DNA of 64,000 bases from Felis catus (lineage: Eukaryota). The position numbers and the translations under genes were made by a program. The stretch lies in NCBI RefSeq assembly GCF_018350175.1, contig NC_058368.1, forward strand, positions 69,256,001 through 69,320,000, given 5' to 3'. The notes below the pieces were generated by a model. The model was not told the origin of the DNA. It saw only the letters and a program-made list of their open reading frames with translations, and ran no database searches. Within the stretch, counting starts at the first letter, position 1. The number at the start of each line of letters is the position of its first letter. Of the stretch, positions 49,630-61,914 are shown in pieces.

Positions 49630-50820
49630 CAGAGCTATGTGTCCAGGATACGTGTGATTCTAAAGTAACCACTACCCAAGTCAGAAGAACAAACATTGCC
49701 CTGCTCCGGTGATACTCAACATCACCAACCATTAAGAGGATGCAGACTAGGACCGTGACGATCTATCACTGCACACTCTATCAAAACAGCTCAAATTTGA
49801 AAATAACAGCAAGGGCACCTGGGTGGCTTAGTTGGTTAACCAACTGACTCTTGATTTCGGCTCAGGTTGTGGTCTCACCTTCGTGAGATTGAGCCCCACG
49901 TCGGGCTCCGTGCTGAGTGTGGAGCCTGCTTGGGGTTCTCTCTCTCTCTGCTCCTCCCCCACCCCCACTTTCTCTCTCTCTCAAAATAAATTTAAAAAAT
50001 AAACCTTAAAATGAATAAACAAGTAAATAAATACAAAAAAAATAAAAATATTGGCAATACCAAATGCCAGCAAGAATGCAGAGACACTGGATTCCCACAC
50101 ATTGCTAATGGGAATTTTGGCTTTGTGTTATTATATATTCACCACCTCTACATGCTTCCCTAAAAACATAGTGTACTTTTTTGCCTAATTTAAGCTTTAC
50201 ACAAATGGAAGCCATCACATGGAGTCTTCTCAATTTGGCTTTCTTTACCTAACATCATGTTTGTGGGTCTCACCCATAACATTGGTGGCCGTAAGCCCTG
50301 TATTCCATCAAACAGATAGGCCACAATTTATTTGTCTATTTTATTACAGTTGGCTTCTGGGGTTGTTTCTAGTTTGGGGCTCTTAGGAGCAATGCTGTCA
50401 TAACATTCTTATGCCCTGGTGCACATATGAATGCATTTTTCTTGAGAATATACCCAGAAAAGCAACGGCTGGGTCCTGGGGTATGTTTATTTTTGACTTG
50501 ACGAGAGAACGGTAAACTATTTTCCAAAGAGTGGGTACCACTCTTCATTCCATCAGCCATGGGATGAGTTGTTATTGCTCTTTCTGAGTCTAAAAGACAG
50601 ATTTTAGCCATTCTGGTGGGTGCATAACTGTGTCTCATTGCAGCTATAACTCGAATCTCCTTGACACTCTTCAGTTGGGCCTTATTTCATTTATTGGCTG
50701 CTGGGATTTTCTCTGTTGTGAAGTGTCTGCTCAAGTTTTTGCCTCTTTTCTACTGTGTATCTTTTCCTTACACATTGGTAGGCATGTCTACAAATTCTGA
50801 ATACTAACATTTTGTCTGTG
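49630..50820 (-). mobile_element. L1ME-type 3' end, interrupted by a + strand L1 fragment (~49745-50115) and a SINE
   Basis: gtttctagtttggggct...ttttagccattctggtgggtg; the + strand insert has ataccaaatgccagcaag...cattgctaatgggaat. Confidence 0.7.
49813..50050 (+). mobile_element. Can-SINE
   Basis: Standard head, body and tail. Confidence 0.9.
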
Positions 50821-50989
50821 GCTTTTCTTTTCTCTTTCTCCTATTTTCCTTTCCCCGACTCAGCATGGATGACGCCAACCTTTTCAGTCAAATGCATCCA
50901 TTACCACAGGTAGAAAGATAATCAATAATAGAATTATTGAGAAAAATACAGCTTTTGGTCTCTTAAATTGATTGTTGAATACATATTAG

Positions 50990-51700
50990 TTACACCTATG
51001 TTCATAGTGTTGTTCACAATAGCCCAAAGGTGGAAGCAAACCCAAGTGTCCGCTGATGGATGAGTAGATAAATAAAACATGGCATATACACACCCTGGAA
51101 TATAATTCAGCCATAAAAAAAGAAGGGTATTCTGACACGTGCTACCACATGGGTAAACCTTGAAGACGTTATGCTCAGTGAAATACACTAGTTACAAAAG
51201 GACAAACACTATGGGGCACCTGGGTGGCTCAGCCAGTCAAGCGTCCGACTTATGCTCAGGTCATGATCTCGCGGTCTGTGAGTTCGAGCCCCGCATCGGG
51301 CTCTGTGCTGACAGCTCGGACGGAGCCTGGAGCCTGCTTCGGTTTCTGTGTCTCCCCCTCTCTCTGCCCCTTCCCCACTTGCTCTTTGTCTCTTTCTCTC
51401 TCTCAAGAAGAAATAAACATTAAAAAAAAAAAAGAACAAATACTCTATGATTCCGTTTAGATGAGGTATATAGAGACAAGAAATAGAGTGGTGGTTGCCA
51501 GGAGCTGGAGAGAGGGGCAAATGAGGAGTTACTGTTTCACGGGTACAGATTTTCAGTTGGGAAAGATGAAAATAGTTCTGGAGATGGACCGCGATGATGG
51601 TTACACAACAGTGGGAGTGTGCTTGGTGCCACAGAACTAGATACTTAAAAATGATGAGAACTGTAAATTTTATGTGTATTTTATCACAATAAAAAAAATA
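50990..51700 (+). mobile_element. L1MB-type 3' end containing a SINE
   Basis: ttcacaatagcccaaaggtggaagc...gttctggagatgg...ttatcacaataaaaaaa. Confidence 0.88.
51213..51433 (+). mobile_element. SINEC_Fc
   Basis: Standard head, body and tail. Confidence 0.92.
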
Positions 51701-53637
51701 CCTATGGAATCATTTTTAAAATGATCTTTTATTCATATAGAAAGAATATGTGTGCGTTGAAAAAAGTAGACATGTAAGAATAACTACAATTTTTACATTT
51801 CCAGCATCCAGAGCCCCTCAGAGTGGTCTTGCAGATCTGAAAATGGCCTTATACTGTACCCATGTTTTGTAATCTGTTTTAATATCTGTTTTAATGAGTA
51901 CGTGATCTCTACATTTCTACATTAAATTTTTGCCAGTTGACCTAAACATGTAGCAATTGTTTTAAAATAATAGTTTAAAACAACTACAACCTATTTTTTT
52001 CTTTTTATTTCTTCTTTTTCCTTCCCGCCCCCCTTTTTTTTAAGTCAGAAGGCAAAGCTCTGAAGAGGCCATCCATGAAGTTTATCCTTAAACAAGAGCT
52101 CATATGAGATCGCCTAGGTGGGCACGAGAAAACCAGCGAGGGTTCGGAAGGGGAGAGGGTGGGTCCCCAGCTCCTGGCGCTATCCAGGTGAACACCTTTA
52201 GTCCCTGCACTGAAAGTGAGCTGGGACCTCAGCCAAAGCTAGCAACCACCACTGTCATTCGTGAGCGGTTCTTGTTGCTATGCTAAGAAGCTGCCGTGGT
52301 TTTGCTGTGTCCCCAAGAGGGCCTCCCAGCAACAGTGAACAATGTGCCAGGTGACCCCTAGCAGCAGGGACATCTGTCAGCAGCTTCAGAATTTGCACAG
52401 CCCATCTGGACTTGTCCAGGGCCCAGGACACGTGCGTATGTTCCTGACTGCACCCCAAATCTTAAGCAAAGTGCCACCCATCTCCAACGGTTCTTTTAAG
52501 GGTACAATGAAGGCATCTGGAACAATGTCAAGCTCAGCTCTATGGTTGTCCATCTTCCTTCCTCTTATAACTCCAGTTATACAGTAATTGGCAGAATGCC
52601 AACGTCACCTGTACAAAGCATCCCATTGGCCAATGACTCAGAAGTTTACAAGAAAGAAAAAGAACCACAATTAACCACATTGTGTGAGTGTAAGTGATGA
52701 GGTTGATTCTCCCAAACATGGCAATCTCACTGAACAAAATTCCTAACACGGAAATTTCCATACAGGTTTGAGCAACGGTACCACCGCTGGAAAAAGCATA
52801 CAGTCTGCTTTGGAGCAGCTTTGAAGATCAGCCTTCATGTAGGTGTATAAACTCTCATGTCTGTTGTTCAACTTTCTAAGTCTTGTCGTTATGTACTTGG
52901 CCTCGTGACTATCCTACTTGTTGTTGCCTAAGATGCTTTTAATTAGCTTTCAAGGTCCTCAGAAATCATTAGGCCCACAAAAAAAATAATAATAATCTAT
53001 CTGGACTAGAAAACTTTCATTTTTGTATTTATAGTTAGCAGTTTAACAGGCAGGCAACAAATAACATCAGTGCTTGCTGAGTAAATACCAGGTACCTGTA
53101 TTGTTACAGGCACTGAGGTGTTACAAAGAAGAAATCAGACATGGTCCCTCGACTTCTGGTGTCTGCGATCTGACCAAAAAGGTAAGACAGCTTAAAGATG
53201 AGATCTATAGAGATGTGGGGGAAGGGTCAACTAGAAATGTCCTTAACACTTTTTATAATTCACATAGGCTTTGACGAGGCCAAATTTGAAAGGAAAATAT
53301 TTTGTTAATTTTTTATATTCTTAGCTTTATTCACATTTATCATGACTTCATTAAGCTTTCATTTTCATGTTTGCTTTAAATTTTACTATGCCATAGTCAT
53401 TAAGTTTAAGAGGAGATGATAAGACCAAAGTGAAATGGGTCAAAAAAAATTAGATGACATAGTTTTTTTGAAGGAAAGAAATCTGTCAATGACAGCATTT
53501 TTGTTTTGAACAAAATATAAACCATCGTTAAAATCTTTGCCTGACAATATCCACTTATGTAATCATTCAATGGAAACATTTGTTAGAGTGAGATGTGCAG
53601 GTTTTATGATGCCCCCTCTATGTAAAAGAAAATGTAA

Positions 53638-53790
53638 GGGTGCCTGGGTGTCTCAGTCGACTTTGGCTCAGGTCATGATCTTGTGGTTCGTGGGTTCGAG
53701 CCCTGCGTCGGGCTCTGTGCTGACAGCTCAGAGCCTGGAGCCTGCTTTGGATTCTGTGTCTCCCTCTCTTTGCCCCTCTCCTGCTCATGT

Positions 53791-53841
<51 letters not shown>

Positions 53842-53870
53842 AATAAACATTAAAAGTTAAAACTTTTTTT
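53638..53870 (+). mobile_element. SINEC_Fc
   Basis: TSD-like aaagaaaatg. Confidence 0.9.
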
Positions 53871-53950
53871 GAAAGAAAATGCACATGAAAGGTCATGTGA
53901 CTTCTCCAAACTCTCACCATGAGTCATAAAAGCAGAAATCAAGTGTCCTA

Positions 53951-54163
53951 TGGGGCGCCTGGGTGGCTCAGTCAGTTAAGTGTCCGACTTCGGCTCAGGT
54001 CATGATCTCGCAGTTCGTGAATTTGAGCCCCACATCGGGCTCTGTGCTGACAGCTCCCAGCCTGGAGCCTGCTTCGGATTCTGTGTCTCCCTCTCTCTCT
54101 GCCCCTCCCCTGCTCACTCTCTGTCTCTCAATCATAAATAAACGTTAAAAAAATTTTTTAAAA
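53951..54163 (+). mobile_element. SINEC_Fc
   Basis: TSD agaaatcaagtgtcct. Confidence 0.93.
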
Positions 54164-54739
54164 AGAAATCAAGTGTCCTCTTAGTCTTTTGCTGTGTCCA
54201 CTTCACACTAGGTTCACTTATTTCAAATCACAGCTACTGCAATGCATTTCCAGATTCTTTTCATAGCTTATTATAATTATGCTTACAGTGGCTCAGGAAA
54301 ACATCTTTATCTTATATGCCCATGCTTTCTCAAAGGATATAGACATTCACACAACTTCAGAACTGTGAGGGACCTTTGAGATCTAGTCCAACATTCTCGT
54401 TTTATAGATGAAGACACTGACGCCCAGAGGTGAAGCAGCAAGACCAACAAGATAAAAATGGATTCCACGAGAAAAGGTTAAAGACACTGAAGTTGTTTCC
54501 TCCAAACAGACAATAATGACCTTTGAGTATTAGAATTATGATTCGAGATAAGGAAGTTGTTTTTTGACTTTTTTTTTTTTTTTTACTTCTCTTTTTCATT
54601 ACCAAAACCAAAACAAGAAGGAATCAGTTTTGATTATGGTGAGCAAAAACAATGAGGCTGAATGTAAAAAAGAATTTCTGGCAGTCAGGATAATCAAAAA
54701 CTGAGATAGGAAATCTAGACATATAATTTACATGATCTG

Positions 54740-55815
54740 CAATTCACCCACCTAACGTGCACAATTTGTGGGGCACCTGAGTGGCTCAGTCAGTTAAGTG
54801 CCCAACTCTTGATTTCAGCTCAGATCATGATCTCAGAATCGTGGGATCAAGCCCTGCATGGAGCTCCATGCTGGGTGTGGATGGATTCTCTCTTTCCCTC
54901 TCTCTCTCTCTGCCCCTCCCCCACTTGTCTTCTCTTCTCTCTCTCTCAAAAAGAATTTTTTTTAAGAAATCATTTGTTTAAAAAAAATAAAGTGCGCATT
55001 TCAACGGTTTTAGCGTATTCATATACTAAATGAATATACAACCGTATGTGCAACCATAAACAGAACCCATTTTAGAACATTTAATCAATTCAAAAATCCC
55101 CATACACTTTAGCCATCATTCCCCATACCCCCATCTCCCCCCAGCCTTAGGTAACCACTCATCTACTTTGTCTCTATGAATTGCCCTATTCTGAATATTA
55201 CATGTAAATAGAATCATATAATATATGGTCTTCTCTGTCTTCTTTCCATAGCAAAACATTTTCAAAGTTCATTCTTATTGTGGTATGTATCAGTACTTTA
55301 TTTCTTTCTATTGCCAAATAATACTCCATTGTATGGGTATACCACATTCTGTTCATCCATTCACCGGTTGTTAGACATTTGAGTTGTTTCCACCTTTTTG
55401 GGCTTTTATGAATAATGCTGCTATGAATATTCATGGGCAAGTTCTCATGGGGACATATGCTTTTATTTTCCTAGGGTATATACCTAGAAGTAGATATTGC
55501 TATTGCTGGGTCAAATAGCAACTCTTTACTTAGCTTTTCGAGGAAAACAGACTGTTTTCCAAATCGGCCGCACCGTTTTGTATTCCTACCAGCAGTGAAC
55601 GAGGGCTCCAATTTCTCCATATCCTTACCAACATTGCTATTATGACTTTTTTTATGATAGCCATTTTAGTGAGCGAAGTGGTATCTCATTGTGGTTTTGC
55701 TTTGCATTTCTTTGATGACTAATGGCGACTAACATCCTTCCACGTGCTAATGGAATATTAGCTAATACTTATATATCTTCTTTAGAGAAATGTCTGTTCA
55801 GATCCTTTGCCCATG
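54740..55815 (-). mobile_element. L1MB-type 3' end containing a SINE
   Basis: gaataatgctgctatgaatattc...gtggtatctcattgtggttttg...gagaaatgtctgttcagatcctttgccca. Confidence 0.88.
54770..54990 (+). mobile_element. Can-SINE
   Basis: Standard head, body and tail. Confidence 0.9.
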
Positions 55816-55923
55816 AAAAATTTCTTTTTGAAAGTTTAGGTGTATATTCTTAATCTCTGGATTGCTTCAGACCTAAGCCTCCATTATATAAATTATATAT
55901 GAGTCCTAATCAAATGAATTTGA

Positions 55924-56105
55924 TTTTTTCAATTTTTTTTTTAATTAGAGAGAGAGCACAAGCAGGGGAGAGGGGCGGAGAATCCCACACAGGCTCCACG
56001 CTCAGCACAGAGCCCCATGTGGGGCTCAATCCCACAACCCTGAGATCGTGACCTGAGCTAAAATCAAGGGTCAAACGCTCAACCAATTCAGCCACCCTGG
56101 CACCT
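55924..56105 (-). mobile_element. Can-SINE
   Basis: TSD caaatgaatttgattt. Confidence 0.9.
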
Positions 56106-57376
56106 GCATCCAAATGAATTTGATTTATTCTAATTCTTTCTAGTTCTATGAATCTATGGTTTGAAAGAATTTGCATATCTTAAGGTGGATTTTTACAGAA
56201 TGGAAGCTGAAGATAAGATGCTACAAAGGGTCCCCACTTCCTGCAGAGATGAAATCTGAGTGTAGCCTCATGGAGATGCATTTCAGGAGGGCCCTTGGAG
56301 TGACGAGTTCTGCAAAGCAGACTCTCTACATCGGTGCAAAAACTGACACAGAAACGGGCCAGTGGGCAAATGTGCTTCATTTTCTGTGACACTTTGAAAT
56401 TATTGCCTGCAAAAACAAACCCAGTTTTTGTCTGAATTACATTATGAGATGATCCGTCTTCCACCCCAGCTGAGAATAGAGCTGAGCTGTTTCAGTAAAA
56501 AATGACGTTACATGAAACCGTGCATCCCAAGATAGGCAATTCAGCAGGGTCTCAGTGTGAACGTGTTCCTGAAGGGTACAGCCACGGATGGAAAAAGCCA
56601 GCACTTTGCTTCCGGACCTTTCCCTTCATCTCTATAATAATTTATCATGTTGTTTCATTTAAATGTGAACATTTCAAAAATATTTTTAAGGTTTTTTTTT
56701 TTAAGCCTGTGGGCTCAACAGTCCCCAAAATAAGTCTCACGATGGTAGGAAGGAAATAAGTATGTACCCACTTGTGAGTTGGGTTGACGTAAGATTTGAG
56801 AGTTAAGAGTAAAAAATTATGACCAGTTCTGGGGCAGCTGAAGGCACCACAGTTGATCACTTGAGCACAGCATGAGTTCATTGAATATTTAAGAACTGAG
56901 GATGGGACTTTCTCTTTTTTTAAGACACAAGGCCATTTCTATTATCGCTCACTAACATCATCCATCCCAAATAATGTTGTGAAGGCCACGTTCGGAGGAT
57001 CAGAATTTGTTAGCTGAACAAGGGCAACATATCTAAGTGATCACTAGGAAGTTTACATTTTAAAAAGGAGAGGAAAAACAAGTCACCGAGCTTTCTGATT
57101 ACCCAAGACTTTCACAGCTCATCTCTGGCTGGATCTTGAGTGGAATAAAAGGCGAATGGAGCCATAAGGCACAACATCCCCCACAGTCCTCTCCACACCT
57201 GACTCTCTAGCCTTCCTTTCTCCACCGTGATGCTTCCTACTCAACTTTCTTCCTCTTGTTCCTGCTAATGAACAAACCAATAGATATTCCCCTGAATCCA
57301 GGCTTTGGTGTAGGTTCATAATGCCCAAAGGCCAGCCAGGGCAGGCTAGGCCAGCCAGCACCTTCCATAAAATGAA

Positions 57377-57447
57377 CGGACCCTGGGACGATGACCTGAG
57401 CCAAAATCGAGAGTCGGATGCTCAACCGACTGAGCCACCCAGGCGCC
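57377..57447 (-). mobile_element. Can-SINE head fragment
   Basis: Only the 5' ~70 nt present; no (CT)n or tail. Confidence 0.85.
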
Positions 57448-59106
57448 GCTGGAATTCATTCTTTTAACGTGTTCTTCATACACTTTATAATCACTTTATT
57501 ATCATTCAATCACTGACTCTTAAGCTGCAAAGGTTCAGGTGTGGGACTCTTGGTAGGACCCTTGAATAAAAAGTCATGAAGATATCTCACTGCCATCACC
57601 CCTGCCCATGAGCCAAAATATCAGAACAAACAACATGATTGGTGGAAATGAAAACAATGAAGTAAGGAGTGGAGCTGAGGAACGTTCAGGATTTACAGAG
57701 ACCTTGAAAGTGCGTAGACCTCACATTTCACCAGTAAAACTATGACCCATCCTAAAGGGTTTGAGCATGTATTATGAAACAATTTTAAAAATGAAAAAGT
57801 TTAGTTTTAATTAATTATCCATGAAAATTAATAATGGAATATTAGATGTAGCAAAACTAGGTCATGGAGAACCAGGACAATCTAGGCCAAACTGTCTAAG
57901 TTAATATATCATGTCAGAACTTAAAGTACAAACCAAAAATGCCAAAAAACATATTTAATAAGGAATTTCTTTTGTTTCCTAGAAATTTATCTTTGTCTAT
58001 TGTAGAGATCAGTTTCTCTTTTCGGTATTAATTACTAGAATAGAAGCGAAATCCGTAGGTAAGGAAACTAATCATACAGTTTCAAGGCTTAAGTTGATGA
58101 CACATGTATACCCAATCTGAGTAGCCCTCAACAGCATGAGCTTTGAGTTCTCAAAGGTCTGAGCTCCCTTTCCTTCTATGGCTTTGGGAATAGACGAGTT
58201 AGCCTATAATATCTAAATGCCTACATGGCCTCTAAAGCTGGCATGGTGGGCAAATTGAAACAGGCCAGCTGCATGACACTGCTTACCTGCTGTGGGTCAC
58301 AATTGCAGTCAGATGTCTCCATGGTGACCTCTCTGAGCCATGAGGCCGGAACTGTGGGATTAACATCCCACGACTGGAGCAACCACAGTGCTGAGAACAG
58401 CTTTGACTACTGTAAGTAATCCCTAAACCTCAAATTTAGATGAAAAACTTTAAGAACTTAATCCATACCGAGGGACCAATTTGGGTGATTCTAGAGGGAA
58501 AGTCTTTCTGTGTGAGATCCAGGAGGAGCTGTTAGCCCTCGTACCTTCTGGAGTCCCCACAGTAGTATCTATGGGAAAGGGAAAGGAGAGAGAACTTACT
58601 AGACAGAAACCAAGAATGAAAGAATGAGAATACCACGACTGGCCATTCATGTTCCTTGACACTGTGTCTTAAACTAGCTGGTGACTGCTTCCATGTACTT
58701 AAGAAAGCACCCCTTGAGCAGAGGTGACCAAAAGAATGTAGACCATTGTCCTAACTATGTGTATAGCCATCCTGAAACAATAAAAAAAAAATGAGTTTTT
58801 ATTTCATTTAGGTGGTTCCAGGGAGAAACTTTGCCAGGACCCACGTATGGGCACAGCTGTTTTCCCTGATCAGGATCTTTGCAGCACCCAAGTAAGACTA
58901 TAATTATCAGATAGATCTTGTTCTGTCTCTGGCTACTGCTAATTGCGTTATTTCCTTTATAGCTAAAAAGTCCCCCTTTTTCCTACAATTGCGATATCCA
59001 TGATCATTTCGCCTTTTGTTCACCAACTAACCAAACTCCAGTCCACCAGGATTTTCTATCCTACTTTCCTATAGAAGAAGTCTTAAAAGTCTGACTTTTA
59101 AGGGCT

Positions 59107-59335
59107 CTTTTTTTTTCTTTTCTAATGTTTATTTATTTTTGAGACAGAGAAAGATGGAGCGTGAACGGGGGAGGGTCAGAGAGGGGGAGACACAGAATCC
59201 GAAGCAGGCTCCAGGCTCCAAGCTGGAGCCCAATGCAGGCTCGATCCCATGGACTGTGAGATCATGACCTGAGCCGAAGCCAGACGCCCAACCAACTGAG
59301 CCACCCAGGCGCTCCTAAGGGCTGACTCTTAATTT
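59107..59335 (-). mobile_element. SINEC_Fc
   Basis: TSD taagggct. Confidence 0.9.
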
Positions 59336-59597
59336 CTCAAGTGTCTCAAAATAAGTTCTGTTTAAAATCTTTCGAGGTCCCACCTTATGGTGGTGTCCTC
59401 TCAGGGGCTGATCACATTTTATCTTAATTTGCAGAGATCACTAGTCAAGTAAGTGAGGGAAAACATAATTTATTTTCATTGTGGGAAAACTAAATCAACC
59501 ACTGTGTAGTAAAAAGACTACTAACCTAATGGATTACATTACTTAACTGTTTCTCCTAGAACTTAATCCCCTAAATAGGTATAAAAAAGCCAAAATT

Positions 59598-59830
59598 GGG
59601 GCGCCTGGGTGGCGCAGTCAGTTAAGCATCCGACTTCAGCCAGGTCACGATCTCGCGGTCCGTGAGTTCGAGCCCCGCGTCGGGCTCTGGGCTGATGGCT
59701 CAGAGCCTGGAGCCTGTTTCCGATTCTGTGTCTCCCTCTCTCTCTGCCCCTCCCCCGTTCATGCTCTGTCTCTCTCTGTCCCAAAAATAAATAAACGTTG
59801 AAAAAAAAATTAAAAAAATAAATAAATTAA
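59598..59830 (+). mobile_element. Young SINEC_Fc
   Basis: TSD aaaaagccaaaatt. Confidence 0.95.
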
Positions 59831-60449
59831 AAAGCCAAAATTAACAAAGGAAATGATTAGATGCAGGGGACTTGTCACTGGCAATGCCCTTATTACATAA
59901 GGTTTAATTTAGACCTTTCTAACCAGTTTTGCTCTATTGTTCTGTCACTTGTTTATGTGTATATATGTTAGAACATCCATAACTCTAGTAGGGGGAGACA
60001 GCATTGTGTTAGCATCTGAGTAGAGCTAAACCATTGGAACAGAGTTATGAACCACCAAATTAAAAATACCTGGGCAGCCAAATAGTAATTGTCCTAAGGC
60101 TCATGCAGGGTATTCTACAGGAAATATGCTCTACTCTCTTCTCTGTGTCTATTTCATATCCTTTTTAATGCATGTGGTTATCTGATTTCCAAAGCACACA
60201 GCAAACCAGATGATAAGAGGAGCTGACCAGCAGAGACTGCTATCATTTTATGTTGGCAGATACATTAAGTGGCAGATGCCTGAAAGGAAAAATGAAAAAA
60301 AAAAAAAAAAAAAACTTTGAGAAAAGCAGGCAGTGACGTAAGACCTCAAATCTCAGAGACCCAGAGCAATTTCATTTCAGGAGGAGCAACCCTAAGTGGC
60401 TTCTGCAGTCATCACCCTATTTCAGCGCCGTATGATAACTGACTTAATG

Positions 60450-60620
60450 ACCCTCAAATGCTGGGGCTGAGAAGATACCTTAGGGATCAAATCCAACACT
60501 CCCAATTTACAGATGGGGAAGTGGAGGCTAGAGAAGCCTTGAGGGCCCAGTTCAGGATCATAGCTGGCTAGTGGTGGAGCTCCCATTGGAACCAGGATCC
60601 CCTGACCCCAATGCATTTTT
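60450..60620 (-). mobile_element. MIR/MIR3
   Basis: atccaacactcccaatttacagatggggaagtggaggctagaga. Confidence 0.7.
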
Positions 60621-60788
60621 TCTTGAAAAAAAAAAAAAAAAAACGGTTGAAGCCTCATTGCTTAAACCCAACGATTGAATGAGATAATGTACAGAAGGTT
60701 AGCACTCAGACACAGAAAGAGAGCCAAGTTTCGTCAGTGATTGTGAATAAAAAATCTGATATAAAGAATGGTTGAGCATTTCTGTAAC

Positions 60789-61005
60789 TTTTTTTAATGT
60801 TTATTTATTTTTGAGAGAGACAGAGACAAAACGCAAGTGGGTTAGGGGCAGAGAGAGAGGGAGACATAGAATCCGAAGCAGGCTCCAGGCTCCAGGCTCC
60901 GAGCTGTCAGCACCAGAGCCCGACGGGGGGCTCGAACTCACGAGCTGTGAAATCATGACCTGAGCCGAAGTCAGACACTCAACCGACTGAGCCACCCAGG
61001 TGCCC
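60789..61005 (-). mobile_element. SINEC_Fc
   Basis: TSD ggttgagcattt. Confidence 0.92.
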
Positions 61006-61914
61006 TGGTTGAGCATTTTTAATATGAATCTTTGAAATAACTTTGCTCTTTTGGGAAATTAATTTCCATGAAGCAATCCAGTCTCAGATGTTACAGTATT
61101 ACATCTCCTGAAAGGTCTCCCCTGACTACCCTTTTGAAAATAGGACCACTTTCACTTTCTGTCTCTTTCCCTTGACTTCTACCAAGCAATATTCCAGTTT
61201 TAAGCTGTGCTCTATCAAGATTTTCTATATGAAGTTATGTTTTAAAATACATGACTTACAGCTGAATCCAGGCAAACAAGCCGTTTTAAAACACGGTTCC
61301 AATATCACTCTTATTTTACATGGCAGTGAGAACTTAAAACACATTCCTGCTTTTCTCCCATTCCCTTTCTACATTCTTTAAAAGGGCAGTAACTATTATC
61401 TCTCTGCATAAAGAAAGTTAACTAGATACGTGCGTCTATCGAGGTGGAAGACAGCATCTGACATCTGAGTATTAGTTTGAACTAATGTCTTTAAGTAATT
61501 ATTTTCATTCCACATTAGTACAGCTAGTTTCTAAGTGAGAGGCAGAGAGGTAGATTAGGTTGTAAGAGAGCTGAGTAGTTGAAGCAAATTTAGAGAAAGT
61601 AGTATTTCCTTAGCACCAAATAAATACTACTACTCCTGAGTAGAAAAAAAAAAATACAAATAAAAAGTAACCCTTTCAAATAAAATGCTATGGGATTGAG
61701 TTTTTCTTTAACATCTGTGCCCACTTTTTCTTCCAACTAGTTTTACATTCATGAGTGGATGCCTAGGTGTTAACCCCTTGCCCAGCGGAGATCAACAGGG
61801 AATTTGAACTTAAGGTGACTAATAATGCTCAGTGTAGGTAGTACCATCAGTTCCCTCTTAGGATTATCTTTATATTATGTATGAATTATAGACCTCCTCC
61901 GCCTGGCCCCCAAG

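Noticed and set aside
49745..50820. Twin-primed (5'-inverted) L1
   Set aside because: The + and - pieces cover the same consensus region, so they are better explained as nested independent insertions.
52766..52842. Plus-strand exon candidate after tttccatacag
   Set aside because: Weak donor and no homology; better explained as part of the enhancer-like block.
23..61005. tRNA-like A/B-box sequences as tRNA genes, or repeats as a CRISPR-like array
   Set aside because: All are SINE heads followed by (CT)n and A-tails, irregularly dispersed in a mammalian genome.
22279..61016. Recurrent ORF family MAQSVK...AQVMIS...SGSVLTAQSLEP
   Set aside because: Translation of the Can-SINE body, not a gene family.
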